The notes below the pieces were generated by a model. The model was not told the origin of the DNA. It ran no database searches and saw nothing but the letters and a program-made list of their open reading frames with translations. The position numbers and the translations under genes are program-made. A stretch of DNA of 64,000 nt from Schizosaccharomyces osmophilus (lineage: Eukaryota), in contig NC_079240.1 in the NCBI RefSeq assembly GCF_027921745.1, forward strand, positions 124,001-188,000, given 5' to 3'. Every line of letters begins with the position of its first letter. Position 1 is the first letter of the stretch. Below are positions 59,920 through 64,000 of this stretch, piece by piece.

Positions 59920-62651
59920 TCAAATTAAGAATCCCAGATAACCTAAATTACACAACCTTGAGTACAAATAAGCATCTTTAAAGGTCACTGAATCTACGTC
60001 TTGAGCATTATACGAAGGAAGTGATGGAGCAGGAACGTAAGGGGGAGCCGGAGGATCCGAAGCAATATGGAGACCTTGCATTTTAGCATTTATCACTTTT
60101 AAGACGACATAATCCCAATCTTCATGATCTTTTCTACTGACGATGTCCCGGCGCTTTTCTATGCATTCTCTTATGTATTCCAGTCCCTGTCTAGCTTCTT
60201 CCTGCAGTTCTGGAATATCATAGACACCAATTAAAACACAGGCAGCTAAACTAAAAAAGTGATGATTAAGAGGCGTCAAAGGTGTGGAGGAAGATGAAAG
60301 AATATTAGCCATCTTCATAGCAGGAGTTAAAACAGCGGAAGGCCGAGCATTTGTAGATAATTCCAAAAGGACTTTTACATGAGTAACGGCCAACGTTAAT
60401 AGATTCATTCTACCCCAAACAACATCAACGCTTTCACGAAATGCGTCAATTTCCGACCTTAACTGTTGAGTCACAATTGGATTTTCACGGTCACTTGGAT
60501 CTGGAGATTGAAAAACATCGGAAATGTGACCAACAATTAAAGACAAACGAACTAATTGACTTGGAAAGCTTCCGAGAACCTTATGATCTTGTAAAGACAT
60601 TTTTATACAACTTTCCGGAATGAATAAGGGAGAGCATGTAGACACAGAGTGCCATCTGTCTAAGATCACCAAGACCCACCAAGCCCTACGACATAATGCT
60701 GCATTGCCATCAATGTCTTCATATGCAGACTGTAAGGATACATGGGATTGTATATGCAAACGCATGTTGCAAGCTAAACCCACGGCAGCGCCGTGCCACA
60801 TACTCTGAGGCAGTCCATTTCGTCCAGTGATTGTCGTAGGACCGCGCTGATCACTCTCAACCGCCAGTAAAACCATGGTCTGTAAGTGCAAAATTCTATT
60901 GGAAAAATTCTGCACATTCGTACAAATTAAATTAAGTAAACCAACTGCTTTCAGTGGGTTTTTATGAAAAATACTTCCGAGGGAAGAAAACGGCGGCCGG
61001 TTTACTAGGGAATAAATTGCATGCAAGCAGCAAGATCTTAAAAACTTTGGAGCTTTTTCTAGTTCTATTTTTAAGCGAGTTTTCGAGTGATGCAAAATTG
61101 GCAAGGTAGAATGTATAAGCAAATAATACCTGTCTACAGCTTCGTCGTCCCATTCTATGTCTTCGTGAAAGACCTTTGAAATTTCGTTCATGTCATCATA
61201 CTGAGCACTTTCAGCAGACCTTGACTGCTCTATATTGCGAGTAGCGTTCGAGGTAGAAGAGCGGGCTTCCGGTAGAAGTGATAAAGATGGGTTCTGCGGA
61301 GATTGATTTTTATAGAAAGGACGGTCAAAACTCGGTAAGTTACCTGGTGTATTTACAGGAACAGGCTGCATTGGAACGGGAGGCTGATAGGAAGTGGTTG
61401 GCAATCCACCATGTTGAAACACGGTATTGGGACGAGAGTTATCAAATGAAGAAATAGATGGCAATTGTAAGTAACTAGGATCTGATGATAGAACATTCGT
61501 AGGCCCAGGAGGGTATGGAGCAGATGGAGGCCGCATCAGCGGGTTATAAGATGCTTCAGCAAGACCTGGATGGGATGTATCCGTATGTCCGTTGGAATCC
61601 AGCATATAAGGAGTATTCATCTTTGACTGAAGAGGTAGGCTGGGAGGTACGAAAGATTGTACGCTTGGAGTGGTATAAACGGGAGGTCGTATACCAGCGG
61701 AAGGGAGAGACTTGATATGCTGAAGGCTGTCGAAAGATTGGTTAACGGGAGTAGATAGGTAAGGATATGATTGCTGTTGAAAAGGCGGTATCCTCGGAGG
61801 AGCCGGCTGAGAATGTTGAGGAGGGTGGTTGATTTGCTGAGGGTACCATGTAGCAGTAGGCTTTGGATGGTTTGATAGAATAGGGTCCTTTGGGCCAGGC
61901 GACATAACAGGCATTGCAGTATTTTTAGGAGATAATCTGCTAAGAATGGCGGAATCATCAGGGGAGGAAGAATCGGATTTTACATCAAAAGGTAAGGTAT
62001 CAGCAAGAGTAGAAGAAGGAGAAGTGGCGGCGTTTGTTTCGGGAGGAGAAGCAACGACTGTGGTACTATTGGAACGTACACGTTTGTTTTTCTCTTCAAC
62101 ATTGCGTACGAAACCTTTGGCGGGACCACGCTTTAATTGTGTTCTGGTGAATATGCATTGTAAACTGTGCTTTGAACAATTGATGCAAGCACCTGTAGAG
62201 CCTTCCACCGTGTCACAGCGAATCTAAAAGATGTTAATGGGGACAAAAAGAGAGAATAGAAAAATCATACCTTCTTTTTGCGACAAAGGTCACAAGCCCG
62301 AGAGACCTTTTTCCTCTTCTTCTCATCCGACGCAGCCGAAGAAACACGGACGGCACTAGGATGTACAGAAGCTTGAAAGTCTTGAAAATTGTCGTTCGTT
62401 GCGGGGACGTTAGCTGGGCGTAAGACGGAAGGAGAAGAAGAGGATTGGGAAGCGAAATGGTCGTAGAGATATGGATATGTGTAGTCATTAGGACCTATGG
62501 AAGGGGGGAGGCCAGGCGCATGGCGAAAGAAGGAAGGTTGGGATGGTGCAGAGAAGGAAGGAGCATGTTGGGAAGGAAGAGGGGTATTTGATGAGTTGGA
62601 AGGAAATTTAGCAGGAGGAACAGGAAGATAAGAGATGGTGTTGAGATCCAT
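59920..62651 (-). CDS. Zn(II)2Cys6 transcription factor with fungal-specific TF domain (intron ~62224-62270)
   Basis: RACDLCRKKK|IRCD...CINC...C; YYLLIHSTLPIL; RRAWWVLVILDRW. Confidence 0.92.
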
Positions 62652-64000
62652 GAATTAGTCAAATCATTAAATCCAAAAAAAAAAAAAAAAAAGATGATGA
62701 AAATGAAATATAAAAATAAAAAACAAAGAAGGGAAACAAGGAGCGGAAGGGTAAAAGCACAATCTGTCTATTTAAATAGCAAAAGTATTAGATAAACCAG
62801 AACCGAGAACCGACACAAGGAAAAGAAATACAACTTCCAATGCAAAGAAGGAAATAAGACGGAAAATTAAAAATAAATAAAATTAGCAGAAATGATGAAC
62901 AAGAAGAAAGGAGGATGGAAAAGGAAGAGTATCTACAAGAAAGGAAACTGAATCCAAGGAAGGATCAGGAAATTGGGAGAATGAAGAAAAAGGAATAATG
63001 TTGTAGAGCGAAAGCAAGGCAAACGAAAACGCGAAACCCAAGGAATTGAAGGAAAGAGAAACAGATTCAAAGAACGAATGCCAAATCAAAAACGAACAAA
63101 CCAAGGCAATGGAGAAAAAAAAGAAAATCAAGTGATGCAACAAATTTTTGAAAAAAAAACCTATGATGAACCAAAATGAATGCTGGAATTAACGAAATAA
63201 GAAACCTATAGACAAAGGAAAGAAAAAAGGGAAAAGAAGAAAAGAAGGCTAGAAAAAAAGTTCTAAATGATGAATGTAAAGGCCACGATTTTGGGGTTCG
63301 TTCTTCGAAGTAGAAGAATCGAATTACAAGTAAAGAATAGAGGCCAATTTAAGATTTCGTTGTGGTACAGACTGAATTCGCACGGCCGAAAGAGCCGAAA
63401 AATAAAGTGGAAACAGCTTGTCGCTTGAAAATCAAACCTCGCAAGAATGCGAAAAAGAAAAGATAACGCACTCGTAGACTGTACAAAACAATCCAAAGCA
63501 GTCCAAGAAAAACATCCTGTCTCGGTAAACCACAGTAAATCCCCATTGCGTAGCCCGAAGAATACCACCGTAACAAGTCCGATCCTGCAAACCCAGAAAA
63601 AAAGACACGTACGGTAGGGTATGCATGCATACACGGGCATGCAGATAATGCTAAGTCAAGCCGGTTTACCATGGGAAGAGAAAAGATGTAAACAAATGGA
63701 ATCGAGTGGGACCGATCGGTTGAAAAACAAGAAAAAAGAAAATGCAACAAAAAAAAAGATTAGTGCATAAAAAAGACGGTCATTAGACAGAACCACTCGA
63801 AAATCGTAGAGTCAACATGGTAGCAAGATACGACGGGAAAAAGGCATAGAAAAGGTCGGAAAAGACAGCATTTATTAGCCAAGAGACCAGCCAAGAGACC
63901 AAATCATGGCAAAAAAACAGCGGAAAGGATGTTTGGAAAGGTCCAAACTTGGGAAAACACTGAAACAAAGTAAAGAAAGGGTGGATGGAAGAAAGTAAAA

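Noticed and set aside
62883..63968. Several Phe/Leu-rich minus-strand ORFs
   Set aside because: Explained by the T/C-rich compositional skew; overlapping frames and no domain signal
1..64000. CRISPR arrays or prokaryotic operon-type systems
   Set aside because: The sequence is eukaryotic; no repeat-spacer array seen

Overview
Eukaryotic, AT-rich DNA from a fission yeast (Schizosaccharomyces). Short GT-AG introns with CTAAC branch points, dispersed 5S rRNA, and proteins similar but not identical to S. pombe point to the octosporus/cryophilus/osmophilus clade (inference). Most of the window is about 23 housekeeping genes whose order matches my recollection of S. pombe chromosome III blocks (vms1-nop15-hom2-syg1-ppk38-mug170-pal1-are2, and enp2-pcm1-btb1-sdh3-rpc37-rpl24-ark1-atp23-nip7-srp72-hem15-SLC35F-mde7-R3H-SulP-gem1-Zn2Cys6 TF), plus 3 tRNAs and one 5S rRNA. 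Three non-housekeeping signals stand out. (1) A 2-kb internally deleted Tf-like LTR retrotransposon (353-2336) keeps both LTRs, a 5-bp TSD, an intact Gag, a self-priming (tRNA-independent) PBS structure and an in-frame protease-chromodomain fusion, but has no RT/RNase H/integrase core. (2) A decayed 4-exon multi-transmembrane gene with wtf meiotic-driver hallmarks (MKN start, PPPY motif, intron-1 FLEX site) lies between atp23 and nip7. (3) A perfect lone TFIIIC B-box followed by a T6 run sits in the promoter of the Pol III subunit gene rpc37. Gene names come from my recognition of the translated proteins, not from database searches.
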